NCBI GenBank assembly: GCA_049974925.1
Contig: JBNGDE010000001.1
Location: forward strand, 3,502-67,501
Length of the DNA stretch: 64,000 bases
Direction of reading: 5' to 3'
DNA from: Thermovirgaceae bacterium
GTDB lineage: Bacteria > Synergistota > Synergistia > Synergistales > Thermovirgaceae
Of the stretch, positions 9,164 through 20,642 are shown in pieces. The position numbers and the translations under genes are program-made. The notes under the pieces were generated by a model. The model saw nothing but the letters and a program-made list of their open reading frames with translations, searched no databases and was not told where the DNA came from. How positions within the stretch are numbered: the stretch's first letter is position 1; each line of letters starts with the position of its first letter.

Positions 9164-10374
9164 AGTGAAGCCTCCTTTACGGCGCGGATCATGCGGATGA
9201 CCTGTGCGTTTGCCCGGACATCGTGGACCCGCACGATTGATACGCCTTTCCAGGCGCAAAGCGCCGTTATAGCCAAAGTCCCTTCAAGCCTGTCGTAGGC
9301 GGGCGCTCCGTCAAGGATCTTGCCGATGGTGCTTTTGTTCGAATGGCCGATCAGAAGAGGTCTGCCGAGCACCTTGAAGGACTCGAGGTTTTTGAGTATC
9401 GCAAGATTGTGTTCCGGTGTTTTCCCAAACCCAATCCCGGGGTCGAGGATGATTTTCGAAAGGTCGACTCCGCGGGAGACGGCAAAGGCGATTCTGTCCT
9501 CAAAGAAAGATATGATTTCTCCGATGATGTCCTCGTAACGTGGGTTTATCTGCATCGTCTTTGGAGTGCCTTTCATATGCATACAGACGTAAGGGGCACC
9601 GGTCGATGCGACAACGTCAAGTATGCCGGGATCCATGTGGCCTGCCGAGATGTCGTTGATGATGTCCGCCCCGGCTGCGATGGCGGTGCGTGCCACCGAA
9701 GCCTTGACGGTGTCAACCGAAAGGGGAAGGTTGAAGCCTCTTTCCCGCAATTTCTCGATGACCGGGATGAGGCGTTCTTTTTCGATGTCTTCCGGTACAG
9801 GCTCGGAACCGGGACGCGATGATTCAGCCCCGAGATCAAGAATGTCCAAGCCCTCTCCCTGCATCTTCATGGCCCGGCTTACGCATTCGTCGATGTCCAG
9901 GGCCCTGCTTGAGGCGAAAAATGAATCGGGCGTAATGTTGATGATACCCATGACAAGGGGGTGGTCGTTGAGGCTGAGAGAGCCGCCGCGGGGCAGTGGT
10001 ATTTCCCAGGCAACGAAGGTCAGGTTGGACAAGGTCCTGGTCAGGCCGTCCCGGATAGTTTCAAGGCCCCAGTAGGGCATTGCCTCGAGTTTCTGTATCA
10101 GGCTTCCATATTGTCCGGGCGTGCCCAGAAGCAGGACGTCACAGGAAGTGATCGTGCCCTGGATGGCGTCACGGTGTACGACGGCGTCGCCGCCTCGGGA
10201 AAGCATTTCCTGTTTCAGTGCGTTGGCGGCCCTGAAGTCGGTTCCCTTGACATACAGGGGCAGAATACTCCTTTTGGCTTCGAAATATGGCAGACTGCGC
10301 ATATCCGCCTTGAGGCGGACAAGCATGGACTTGAGTTCTGAAACCGATGTAATCGGGCAAACGTAAGGAGTCAT
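9160..10374 (-). CDS. folP: Dihydropteroate synthase with N-terminal extension
   Basis: MGIINITPDSF, GAESSRPG, INDIS, DPGIGFGK, SNKS, VRVHDV. The start codon is uncertain (ATG 10374 chosen). Confidence 0.93.
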   Translation of the reverse strand: MTPYVCPITSVSELKSMLVRLKADMRSLPYFEAKRSILPLYVKGTDFRAANALKQEMLSRGGDAVVHRDAIQGTITSCDVLLLGTPGQYGSLIQKLEAMPYWGLETIRDGLTRTLSNLTFVAWEIPLPRGGSLSLNDHPLVMGIINITPDSFFASSRALDIDECVSRAMKMQGEGLDILDLGAESSRPGSEPVPEDIEKERLIPVIEKLRERGFNLPLSVDTVKASVARTAIAAGADIINDISAGHMDPGILDVVASTGAPYVCMHMKGTPKTMQINPRYEDIIGEIISFFEDRIAFAVSRGVDLSKIILDPGIGFGKTPEHNLAILKNLESFKVLGRPLLIGHSNKSTIGKILDGAPAYDRLEGTLAITALCAWKGVSIVRVHDVRANAQVIRMIRAVKEASL

Positions 10375-10446
10375 CCGGACACATATCTCCTCGGGAGAAT
10401 ATGGAGCATCAGCGAAAGCCATAATATGCCACAGGAAGTGTGCGGT

Positions 10447-10485
10447 CAAGAAAAGGGCGACCCGCAAAGGGTCGCCCTTTTCTTG
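10447..10485 (-). terminator. Intrinsic terminator
   Basis: Perfect 17-bp stem: CAAGAAAAGGGCGACCC-GCAAA-GGGTCGCCCTTTTCTTG. Confidence 0.85.
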
Positions 10486-10500
10486 GTTTGCCACCTCGGA

Positions 10501-11934
10501 TCAGGCGAGGCTGTATTTCATGAAAAGATTCAGATACAGGTCGTCCGGCGCGTTGTGGGAAGGGGAATGTATGAAGAAATGCCTGAAAAGTTCCGGGACT
10601 GTCTCTTTTGAAGACACGATGTCCAGGAAACGTTCAGCCGCTGCGAGCGGTGATTCGCCGTCGAGTATGATCTGGAAACCGATAATCTGACCGGTTTTGA
10701 TTCCACCTTCATTTCCGTCCTCGGCAACAACGATCTTCCATCGGCCCTCTTTGCTGGAGGGCATGGATTCTTCCCTGGTGCGAACAGGTATGGAGACAGT
10801 CCGGACGGCGATATTTTGTCGTTTCGCCAGTTCTTCAGTCCATCCGATGCTGCCCCAGTGAAGATCGAAAATCTCCGATATCCCCCACATCGTGGCAGGC
10901 GGCATGTTTATGGGCATGCCGGCGATATTCGCTGCAGCCGCCACTCCCTGGCGCATGGCGAGGGTCCCTACAAGGGGTAGCACCGGTTTGCCCGTTGCCG
11001 CATCGATTACCTGTACCGCATCTCCGACGGCGTATATATGTTCGTTGCGCGTCTGCATGAGTGAATTGGTAACGATACCCATCTCGACTTTAAGGCCCGC
11101 TTGTTGTGCTAGTGTTACATTCGGCCGGACCCCGGTGGCGAAAACGACCCCGTCCCCAGAAACCTTTTCGCCTGATTCCAGGAGAACGCCGTCTCTCGTG
11201 ACGGCGACAACCTTTTGGGAGGTTAGAACCCGCACACCTTTTTCTGCAAGCCGGTTTTCGATCAGTTCGGCCATGTCTGCATCGAGGGGTGCCGTCACGT
11301 GGGGGAGGGTCTCGATAATGGTGATATTGAGTCCTCTGTCATGAAGCGCCTCGGCAGTTTCAAGCCCGATGGCTCCGCTTCCAACCACCACGGCGTGTTT
11401 TGCCTTCCGGGCAAAGTTGTCAAGGCGCCTGGCGTCGTTGGCGTTTCTGAGAACATAGATGTTTTCCGCGAGCCGACCCTTGTCGACAAAATCCTTTCCA
11501 ACCTGAACGAATTCACTGGTAGATACGGCTTTGTCGGAATTTCCTGCGAAAACACCTTCCACGGGTGGTAACCATGGGACAGCACCCGTGGCAAGCAGTG
11601 CCTTCTCAAAAGACACGGAGATTTCGGCATTGCCGGTACGTACTAGGGCTTCCCGCCTACTCGCGTCGAGGGATACCACTTCACCCCGGATCGTGTTTTG
11701 TGCCATATCTTTCGGCAACCGCGGTGACTTTGAAAGATCGACCACGACGTCTTCCGGTCCTCCGGGAACAAGCCTGCGCCCGATGCCATAAGGCAGGCTA
11801 CATACTACAATGGGCTCCTCGTTCATCACTATGAGGGTGTTATTTTTGCCCATTTTCGAGAGTGCCATGTAAGCAACCCTGCCGCCGGGTCCACCTCCGA
11901 CGATTAACGTTGCTACTTTCTTTTTTTCAATCAC
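10501..11934 (-). CDS. FAD-dependent pyridine nucleotide-disulfide oxidoreductase (CoA-disulfide reductase / NADH oxidase family)
   Basis: GGGPGG FAD loop, single redox Cys in CSLPY, LATG, VVGSGAIGLE, IYAVGDA. Confidence 0.85.
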   Translation of the reverse strand: MIEKKKVATLIVGGGPGGRVAYMALSKMGKNNTLIVMNEEPIVVCSLPYGIGRRLVPGGPEDVVVDLSKSPRLPKDMAQNTIRGEVVSLDASRREALVRTGNAEISVSFEKALLATGAVPWLPPVEGVFAGNSDKAVSTSEFVQVGKDFVDKGRLAENIYVLRNANDARRLDNFARKAKHAVVVGSGAIGLETAEALHDRGLNITIIETLPHVTAPLDADMAELIENRLAEKGVRVLTSQKVVAVTRDGVLLESGEKVSGDGVVFATGVRPNVTLAQQAGLKVEMGIVTNSLMQTRNEHIYAVGDAVQVIDAATGKPVLPLVGTLAMRQGVAAAANIAGMPINMPPATMWGISEIFDLHWGSIGWTEELAKRQNIAVRTVSIPVRTREESMPSSKEGRWKIVVAEDGNEGGIKTGQIIGFQIILDGESPLAAAERFLDIVSSKETVPELFRHFFIHSPSHNAPDDLYLNLFMKYSLA

Positions 11935-11998
11935 GTAATGTCCCTCCTCCGGTATATACTTTCATTACAACCACATATACCAATCCAGGGTATTTACG

Positions 11999-12649
11999 TC
12001 AAATCCATTCACTGACAAGACTGGGCAGATGGTATGTTTGGTTAAGGGAAACAAGACAGTAGCCCCGGTTTTCTTCGTGAGTGAGGATGGAATAAGATGC
12101 CGTGTCCACATGAATTTTCCAGAAATACGGAGAAGCGATATCCAGAGCGGCGGCGATTACAGGTTTGAGGACAGCCCTGTGGGTCACGACGACGAAGGTC
12201 TCACCTGTATGGAGCCTGACGAGTCGGTTCACTTCAGCAAAAGCCCTTCGGCGAACGTCATCAAGGGTTTCCGCGCCTTCAAGGCGGAGTCTCTCGGGAT
12301 TTGAAAGCCAGAGGTTCCATTCTTCTGGATGTTCTTCCCGGATTTCGCTTTTCCGTTTTCCTTCCCACGGTCCGAGGGACATGTTGTTCAGCCCTTCGCG
12401 GATTTCCAGGGAAACGCCCATTGCACGGGAGATTTCGGCACCGGTCGCCCGTGCCCTTGTCAAGGGGCTCGAATACACTCGGGAGGCCGAAAAAAGCCTT
12501 GCCAGTTCAACAGAAAGCGCTTTTGCCTGGGCAAGCCCAGCATCATTGAGCAGGAATTCACTTCTCCCGCGGAAACGTCCCTCGCGATTTCCCTCGCACT
12601 CACCATGCCTGACGAGAATGATCCTGGTTCGTTCCGTTTGCGTTCTCAT
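11999..12649 (-). CDS. Histidine phosphatase family protein (CobC/GpmB-like)
   Basis: LVRHGE, YSSPLTRA, GPWEG, VTH. Confidence 0.9.
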   Translation of the reverse strand: MRTQTERTRIILVRHGECEGNREGRFRGRSEFLLNDAGLAQAKALSVELARLFSASRVYSSPLTRARATGAEISRAMGVSLEIREGLNNMSLGPWEGKRKSEIREEHPEEWNLWLSNPERLRLEGAETLDDVRRRAFAEVNRLVRLHTGETFVVVTHRAVLKPVIAAALDIASPYFWKIHVDTASYSILTHEENRGYCLVSLNQTYHLPSLVSEWI

Positions 12650-12749
12650 GGGCAATCACCTTTGCTCTACTGGAAGATGTCGGCACCATGATACAGGAAA
12701 AGCGAAGGCGGGGCAGCACGCAAGGGAAAGGTCAGTCTCCTGACCAGTG

Positions 12750-12778
12750 TTGACAATAGGAGCTTCCATTGGTACCCT
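12750..12778 (+). promoter_or_regulatory. Sigma70 promoter of the hrcA-dnaK operon
   Basis: TTGACA-17 nt-TACCCT, just upstream of CIRCE. Confidence 0.65.
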
Positions 12779-12800
12779 ACCCTTCGGTATATTTTCGTTG

Positions 12801-12827
12801 TTAGCACTCCTCCGAGGAGAGTGCTAA
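12801..12827. promoter_or_regulatory. CIRCE element (HrcA operator)
   Basis: Exact consensus TTAGCACTC-N9-GAGTGCTAA upstream of hrcA. Confidence 0.97.
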
Positions 12828-12850
12828 TACAATATGGGGGTGTGGTGAAA

Positions 12851-13912
12851 GTGCTTACGGAACGACAGCTAGAAATCGTATTGGCCGTTGTCTATGAGTA
12901 CATCCGTTCCGGTGCCCCCATAGGATCGCGGACGATTGCGAAACGATTCCTCAGGGGATGTAGCGCGGCGACGATCAGAAATGAAATGGCCGATCTCGAA
13001 GAAATGGAATATCTCTACCAGCCCCATACATCTGCAGGCCGGATTCCCACTCCGAAAGCTTTCCGGATATATGTGGATGCGATCCTCCAGCGGCAAAGGA
13101 CGAGACCGAGGACACGGCCGGAATGGCTCGAGGAGCTCAAAAAACGGAGGGATGACGTCCAGTCGGCGTTTCGCTATACTACAAAGTTACTCGGGGACCT
13201 GACTCATTGTATATCCGTCGCGGCCCTTGGGCCGGCTCAGGAAGCGATCCTGCAGAAAGTCGAGTGCATCAAGGTCGCTGAACGGTCGGTCCTGATCATC
13301 CTGGTCCTGCAGGGGGGGTTGATCCACCACAAGGTGGTCACCCTTCCGTACGACATGCACCAGGAAGCCCTTGACGAACTGTCCAGGCGGGTCAACCTCG
13401 TTGCCCAGGATAAATCCTGGCAGGAGGTTCGGCACATCCTGCAGATGTACGTCCTTGAGGAGCTCGAAGCCTATGCGGAGAACTGCCGGAAAGCACTGGA
13501 AGAGATGAACGGCATGCTTGGGGAAAATTCTTACCAGTATTTTACCGGAGGACAGTATAACGTGCTGGGACTCCCGGAATTCAGCGATCTGAGCCGTCTT
13601 CAGACAATGATGGCCCTTCTGGAGGAAGATACATCCATCGCCCAGCTGGTCAAACGCTGTTCACCTGACCGGGGGCTTTCCGTCATCATCGGGGACGAAA
13701 ACCCGGTGACGCAGATGAGCGATTGTTCCGTGCTGATGGCTTCTTCCGTCGACAAGGGAAGAAAAACGGTTCTCGGACTGATCGGCCCGGTCCGAATGGA
13801 TTATGAATACGCTATCTCCGTTCTCGAGAGTCTTCTGGGAGGCCTTTCGATGAACGGAGACCAGGAAGGAAACAAGGGAGGTTCAGTGAATGGCTTCGAC
13901 GAAAAACCATAA
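12851..13912 (+). CDS. hrcA: Heat-inducible transcription repressor
   Basis: MLTERQ, SAATIRNEMADLE, QPHTSAGRIPT, IGPVRMDY. CIRCE upstream. Confidence 0.96.
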   Translation: MLTERQLEIVLAVVYEYIRSGAPIGSRTIAKRFLRGCSAATIRNEMADLEEMEYLYQPHTSAGRIPTPKAFRIYVDAILQRQRTRPRTRPEWLEELKKRRDDVQSAFRYTTKLLGDLTHCISVAALGPAQEAILQKVECIKVAERSVLIILVLQGGLIHHKVVTLPYDMHQEALDELSRRVNLVAQDKSWQEVRHILQMYVLEELEAYAENCRKALEEMNGMLGENSYQYFTGGQYNVLGLPEFSDLSRLQTMMALLEEDTSIAQLVKRCSPDRGLSVIIGDENPVTQMSDCSVLMASSVDKGRKTVLGLIGPVRMDYEYAISVLESLLGGLSMNGDQEGNKGGSVNGFDEKP

Positions 13913-14603
13913 TGAAAAAAACCCGCAAAAAGAAAAAAACGGGCGCCGGTTCCTTGATGAGGGACAGGATTTAGGCACCCGCGAATCGAAGGGCGACGAA
14001 AAAACAGAGGAAATAGAGAAAGGTGCCGAAAAGGCCGTTGAGGCGGAATTGGTGGAGGAAACACCTCCTGTACAAAACGCTGAAGCAGAGGCACTGAGAA
14101 AAGAGATCGAAAAAACGCGGACCCTCATCGAAGAACTCAGATCGGAAAACGAGACGCTTAGGGACGCGGTCGCGAGAGGTGCAGCCGATTTCTACAATTT
14201 CCGGAAACGTGTGGAGCGCGAATCGGAAAAGACGAGGGCGCGCATCGCGGCACGAACGGCTGAAATCTTGCTGCCGGTCCTGGACAATCTTGACAGGGCC
14301 CTGGATTCAGGTGACGGCGGCGGTGCCACGGGCTTGAGAAAAGGTGTAGAAATGGTCAGGGAGCAGTTTTTCGGCGTTTTGCGCGAGCTTGGAGTACAAA
14401 CCATCGAGGCAGAAGGAAAACCCTTTGATCCGAATCTGCATGAAGCCGTCGCCGTGGAAGAGAATTCCGGGGCGCCCGACGGAACGGTGGTAGAGGAATT
14501 CCAGCGAGGATTCCTTCTTGGAGGGACGGTGTTGCGGGCCTCCAAGGTGAAGGTCGCCCGCGGGCCGGAACATGCGGAAGAAAGCGAAAAACAGGAACAG
14601 TGA
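13890..14603 (+). CDS. grpE: Nucleotide exchange factor GrpE
   Basis: ADFYNFRKR, LLPVLDNLDRAL, FDPNLHEAV, LRASKVKV. Confidence 0.95.
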   Translation: MASTKNHNEKNPQKEKNGRRFLDEGQDLGTRESKGDEKTEEIEKGAEKAVEAELVEETPPVQNAEAEALRKEIEKTRTLIEELRSENETLRDAVARGAADFYNFRKRVERESEKTRARIAARTAEILLPVLDNLDRALDSGDGGGATGLRKGVEMVREQFFGVLRELGVQTIEAEGKPFDPNLHEAVAVEENSGAPDGTVVEEFQRGFLLGGTVLRASKVKVARGPEHAEESEKQEQ

Positions 14604-14645
14604 CGGCGCAATGTCGTCCAGAATATACGAAGAGGTGATTGGAAT

Positions 14646-16475
<1,830 letters not shown>

Positions 16476-16491
16476 CCGGGAGTGATGCGCC

Positions 16492-17616
16492 GTGAACGGG
16501 CCCGAAAGCAGGAGGGACCTGTACGAGGTTCTGGGGGTTTCACGGGACGCAAGCCAGGAGGACATCAAGCGGGCCTACAGGAAACTCGTCCGGAAGTATC
16601 ATCCTGACGCGAATCCCGGTGACAGGGAGGCAGAACAGCGCTTCAAGACCATCAACGAGGCCTACGAAGTCCTGGGAGATCCGCAGAAGCGCCGACAATA
16701 TGACCAGTTCGGAACCATAGGCGATATCGGAGGCGAAGGGCCTTTTGGAGGAGGGTTCGATCCCTTTGGGGATATTTTCGGGGATATTTTCGACTCCATG
16801 TTCGGTGGATTCGGCGGAACCCGCCAACGTGGCCCCTCCAAAGGGGAGGACCTGGAAATGCCCCTTTCGGTGTCCCTTGAGGAAGCCTACTTCGGGTCCA
16901 CCCGAAAGGTGACGATACCGCGTTGGGAAACCTGCGAAGCCTGTGGTGGGACGGGCGCCGAACCGGGAACGGGTGTGACGACATGCCCTGGCTGTGGCGG
17001 GACGGGGAAACGGCAGCAACAGCAACGGACGCCCTTCGGGACCTTTGTCAATGTGACGACATGTCCGGAATGCAAGGGCACGGGCAAAAAAATTGGCAAC
17101 CCTTGCAGGAAGTGTAACGGTGCGGGAAAGGTTCGCAAGCGCCGTGAAGTAGAAGTCAAGATCCCCCAGGGGGTGAGCACCGGCGTCAGGTTGCGTGTTT
17201 CCGGTGAAGGTGGAGCCGGCTCCATGGGTGGCCCACCGGGAGATCTTTATCTTCTGATCAAGGTGCAGGATGACCCGAGATTCCGTCGTGAAGGCGACGA
17301 CCTTCATGTGGAGAGGCACATTTCTTTCCCGGAAGCCGCCCTTGGAAGTGAAATCGAGGTTGAGCTGATCGATGGAATGGAAAAACTCGAGATCCCCCAG
17401 GGGACTCAAAGCGGGCATGTGATCAGGATCAAGGGGAGGGGAATGCCCCGCCTCGGGCGCGGTGGTCACGGAAACGCCTACGTCCATATCGTCGTGGATG
17501 TGCCCGGAAAGCTTACCGACAAGCAAAGAGGCCTCATCGAAGCACTTGCGAAAGAGATGGATGTATCCGTCAAGACCGGGGGGTTCATGGAAAAACTGCG
17601 CCAATGGCTGGATTAG
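16492..17616 (+). CDS. dnaJ: Chaperone DnaJ
   Basis: HPD J-domain, G/F-rich region, four CxxCxGxG repeats. Confidence 0.98.
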   Translation: MNGPESRRDLYEVLGVSRDASQEDIKRAYRKLVRKYHPDANPGDREAEQRFKTINEAYEVLGDPQKRRQYDQFGTIGDIGGEGPFGGGFDPFGDIFGDIFDSMFGGFGGTRQRGPSKGEDLEMPLSVSLEEAYFGSTRKVTIPRWETCEACGGTGAEPGTGVTTCPGCGGTGKRQQQQRTPFGTFVNVTTCPECKGTGKKIGNPCRKCNGAGKVRKRREVEVKIPQGVSTGVRLRVSGEGGAGSMGGPPGDLYLLIKVQDDPRFRREGDDLHVERHISFPEAALGSEIEVELIDGMEKLEIPQGTQSGHVIRIKGRGMPRLGRGGHGNAYVHIVVDVPGKLTDKQRGLIEALAKEMDVSVKTGGFMEKLRQWLD

Positions 17617-17659
17617 GGCAACTTCCGGGGATCTGATACTATAGCGTGTACGGAAGGCT

Positions 17660-17691
17660 GAAACAGGGAGGCGCGCCTCCCTGTTTCGTTC
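17660..17691 (+). terminator. Terminator-like perfect palindrome after dnaJ
   Basis: GAAACAGGGAGGCGCGCCTCCCTGTTTC, a 28-bp perfect inverted repeat followed by GTTC. Confidence 0.6.
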
Positions 17692-17715
17692 TATGGACCG
17701 ATCGGGGGGCTTGCG

Positions 17716-18609
17716 ATGGGGCGGGAAACCGGGTATTGGTGGTACATAACGATCGAGATGGAAGACGGGAGCGAGGAGACCCTGTTTTCGCTCGCGGAAC
17801 TGTCCGGGAGCATCGGGTCAGAATTCATCGAGACATCGGGAAAATCGGTTCTGAAGTCCTATTACCGCTCAACGAAGGACCTGGAATACTGGTTGGGAAG
17901 GGTGCGGGAAACGACAGGTCCCTGGGCCTCGGTGAACATCGTCGACATGGGGAAGATCGAGAACCGCTCGTGGCACAAGACCTGGAAGGAAGCCTTTCCA
18001 CCCCTCGAAGTAGGCGAAGGCCTGGTGGTAATGGCTCCGTGGCATGAAAAGGGATACAAGGGGAAACGGACGCCCCTTTTGATTTACCCGGGTTCGGCCT
18101 TCGGGACGGGCTACCACGAAAGCACCCAGATCGCCCTCGAGCTTATTGAAAGACATGTTGCCGAAAACAGCACGGGTGCGGATATCGGAACCGGATCGGG
18201 AATTCTCGCCGTGGCGGCGGTCAGGACAGGAGCCGGGAAGGTCTATGCCAGGGATCTCGATCCCGCCGTCCTGGCGGAAGCCAGGGAGAACCTCAGGCTT
18301 AACGGCATCGACGAGAACACCGTGGTCCTCGAGGAAGGAGATCTGCTGAAGGGCTTCCAGGGGCCCGTGGACTTTCTGACGGCCAATATTGTATTCGACC
18401 CGCTCATGGAGCTGCTCCCGGGAATCGCCGGGATTCTTGCACCAGGTGGCACAGCCATTTTTTCGGGACTCAGCCTGAAAGAAAAGGAAAACTTCCTGAG
18501 GGCACTTGGACGAACGGAGTTGGTCCCGTTTGATGAAGTTTCGAAGGGGGACTGGTGGGGTGTCGCGGCCACGCTTGAGGCTGGAAAGAGCTCAAAGAAA
18601 GGCGCCTGA
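17716..18609 (+). CDS. prmA: Ribosomal protein L11 methyltransferase
   Basis: PGSAFGTGYHEST, DIGTGSGILA, ANI. Position after dnaJ. Confidence 0.93.
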   Translation: MGRETGYWWYITIEMEDGSEETLFSLAELSGSIGSEFIETSGKSVLKSYYRSTKDLEYWLGRVRETTGPWASVNIVDMGKIENRSWHKTWKEAFPPLEVGEGLVVMAPWHEKGYKGKRTPLLIYPGSAFGTGYHESTQIALELIERHVAENSTGADIGTGSGILAVAAVRTGAGKVYARDLDPAVLAEARENLRLNGIDENTVVLEEGDLLKGFQGPVDFLTANIVFDPLMELLPGIAGILAPGGTAIFSGLSLKEKENFLRALGRTELVPFDEVSKGDWWGVAATLEAGKSSKKGA

Positions 18610-19288
18610 CCGGTGGGTCCTTGATAAGGACCAGGCCCACCATCTCGTCCATGTCAGAAGATGTGTGGAAGGTGACCGCGTGGAAGGTCTCCTTAACGGC
18701 AGACTGTTCCTGTTGAAGCTTGCAGCCGAAGAGGGATACCTGTGCGGCATCCTGGAAAAAGAGCTGCCTGCGGGGCCGGGGAAAAATCTCTGGCTTCTTC
18801 TGGCGTTGCTCAAAATGGATGCCTTCGAGCGCAGCCTGAGGATAGCTACTGAAAGCGGAGCCGGCAATATCGTCCCTCTTTTTTGCGAGCGAAGTGTTGT
18901 GCGCCTTGACGAAAAACGGTGGTCAAGCAAGCAAAAGCGATGGACGAAAATCATCGAGGAGTCAACGAGGCAGGCTTGCGTTCCACAAAGGCCTGTTCTT
19001 TATGAACCCCTGTCCGTGGGTTCGGCAATGTCTCTTCCTTTGCCCGAGAACCGTTACGCCGCGATGTTGAGTAAAGACGCAAAACTTCTGGTTGACTGCA
19101 AACCTTCAGGGGGGGCTGTTTTTGCTGTGGGCCCGGAAGGAGACTGGACGCGCTCCGAGTGCGAGACCCTGTCTGGGAAGGGGTTCACCGCAGTCAGCCT
19201 TGGAAGGGGAATCATGAGAAGTCCGACGGCGGTGGCCGTCGGGCTCGGTTTCCTTTCGATGCGACTGGAGCAATGTTATGAAAACTAA
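18560..19288 (+). CDS. rsmE: 16S rRNA m3U1498 methyltransferase
   Basis: HHLVHVRR, VGPEGDW, SLGRGIMRSPTA. GTG start inferred. Confidence 0.9.
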   Translation: MSRPRLRLERAQRKAPDRWVLDKDQAHHLVHVRRCVEGDRVEGLLNGRLFLLKLAAEEGYLCGILEKELPAGPGKNLWLLLALLKMDAFERSLRIATESGAGNIVPLFCERSVVRLDEKRWSSKQKRWTKIIEESTRQACVPQRPVLYEPLSVGSAMSLPLPENRYAAMLSKDAKLLVDCKPSGGAVFAVGPEGDWTRSECETLSGKGFTAVSLGRGIMRSPTAVAVGLGFLSMRLEQCYEN

Positions 19289-20642
19289 AACTGAATCGAT
19301 ATTGGGAAATAAGCGGATACGGATTCATGTTTTGGGTTGCCGGTCGAATTTGTATGAAGCAGAGGCACTGGCTTCCTCCCTTTCTGGTTTGGGGGCGATC
19401 CCGTGCGAACAAGGACCCTTTGATGCCGCTGTCGTCGTGAGCTGCATGGTAACTGCCGAAGCAGAACGGAAGTGCAGGCAGATCGTCCGAAGATTGAAAA
19501 GAGAGGAACCCGAAGCTCCGGTGGTTGCCTGCGGATGCTGGGCGCAACTGCTTGATGAGGACAAGGCAAGGGAATTAGGGATAGATGCCCTCCTTGGAAA
19601 TCGGAGAAAACATCGCGTGATGCCGGTTTTGGGAAAATTGCTTCAGCAAGGCAATAGGAATGATATTTTGACCGACAGAGGTGATATTTCAACCAGTTCA
19701 GACTGGGATCCGCTCTTTCTGGATTGTCCGAGATTCCATGTGAGGGCTTTTGTCAAGATTCAGGATGGTTGCGATCATGGATGTTCCTATTGCATTATCC
19801 CAACCGTGCGCGGGAAGCCGGTGAGCAGGGACCTGAAAGATATCCTGAATGAGGTCAAGCAGTTGGTTTTGAAGGGAATCAGGGAAATCGTGCTGACAGG
19901 TATTCATCTCGCGTTTTACGGAAGAGGTGAAACTGTTACTCTTGGTGAACTGGTGCATGCGATAGATGAAATTGACGGGATCGACCGGATTCGATTCGGG
20001 TCCATCGAACCTTTCGGGCTTGAAGAGGGATTGCTTGAAACCATAGCGACATCAAAAAAAATCTGCCCGCACTTGCACCTGCCGCTTCAAAGCGGTGATG
20101 ACCGTGTTCTCAGGCGGATGGGAAGAGGCTACACTTCGGAAGAATTTCTCGAACTGGTAAAAAAAGTAAGAAAAGCCTTCGGAGAGGATTTCCACTTGAG
20201 CACGGATGTCATTGTCGGTTTTCCCGGAGAGGATGACAAGGCCTTCAGGCGGACCCTGGATGTCCTTGAAAAGGCTGAAGCAGGAAGGGTTCATGCGTTT
20301 CCCTTCTCTCCGCGTCAAGGAACGCCGGCGGCCGACTTTCCTGACAGGCCCGCTCCCGAAGAGGTAAAAACGCGCATGAAGGAAATGCTTCAGTTCGCTT
20401 CTGACAAACAGCAGCAGTATGCCTTACAGTGGGTTGGCAGAAAGGTGCCCGTACTTGTGGAAAAGTGCGAAGCAGGATCGGTTTCAGGGTATACCCCACA
20501 ATTCATCAAAGCCGTTTGCAAAGATGACTTCGATGTCAACAGCATCGCTGAAGTGGAGATCATCGGTTGCCATGCAGGCGTTCTGGAAGGCCGGGTATGT
20601 TATAATGCTTTTTCTGGAGGAATCAGGGGAAACCGAGGGTGA
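19278..20642 (+). CDS. mtaB: tRNA t6A37 methylthiotransferase (radical SAM)
   Basis: LGCRSN, SCMVT, CGC, KIQDGCDHGCSYC, HLHLPLQSG, DVIVGFPGE, FSPRQGT. Canonical position after rsmE. Confidence 0.9.
   Translation: MKTKTESILGNKRIRIHVLGCRSNLYEAEALASSLSGLGAIPCEQGPFDAAVVVSCMVTAEAERKCRQIVRRLKREEPEAPVVACGCWAQLLDEDKARELGIDALLGNRRKHRVMPVLGKLLQQGNRNDILTDRGDISTSSDWDPLFLDCPRFHVRAFVKIQDGCDHGCSYCIIPTVRGKPVSRDLKDILNEVKQLVLKGIREIVLTGIHLAFYGRGETVTLGELVHAIDEIDGIDRIRFGSIEPFGLEEGLLETIATSKKICPHLHLPLQSGDDRVLRRMGRGYTSEEFLELVKKVRKAFGEDFHLSTDVIVGFPGEDDKAFRRTLDVLEKAEAGRVHAFPFSPRQGTPAADFPDRPAPEEVKTRMKEMLQFASDKQQQYALQWVGRKVPVLVEKCEAGSVSGYTPQFIKAVCKDDFDVNSIAEVEIIGCHAGVLEGRVCYNAFSGGIRGNRG
20598..20606 (+). promoter_or_regulatory. 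Possible internal extended -10 promoter upstream of bpsA
   Basis: TG-T-TATAAT inside the 3' end of mtaB. Confidence 0.4.

Noticed and set aside
12821-12850. ORF-track start of hrcA at 12821
   Set aside because: That GTG lies inside CIRCE. The GTG at 12851 gives the canonical MLTERQ N-terminus.
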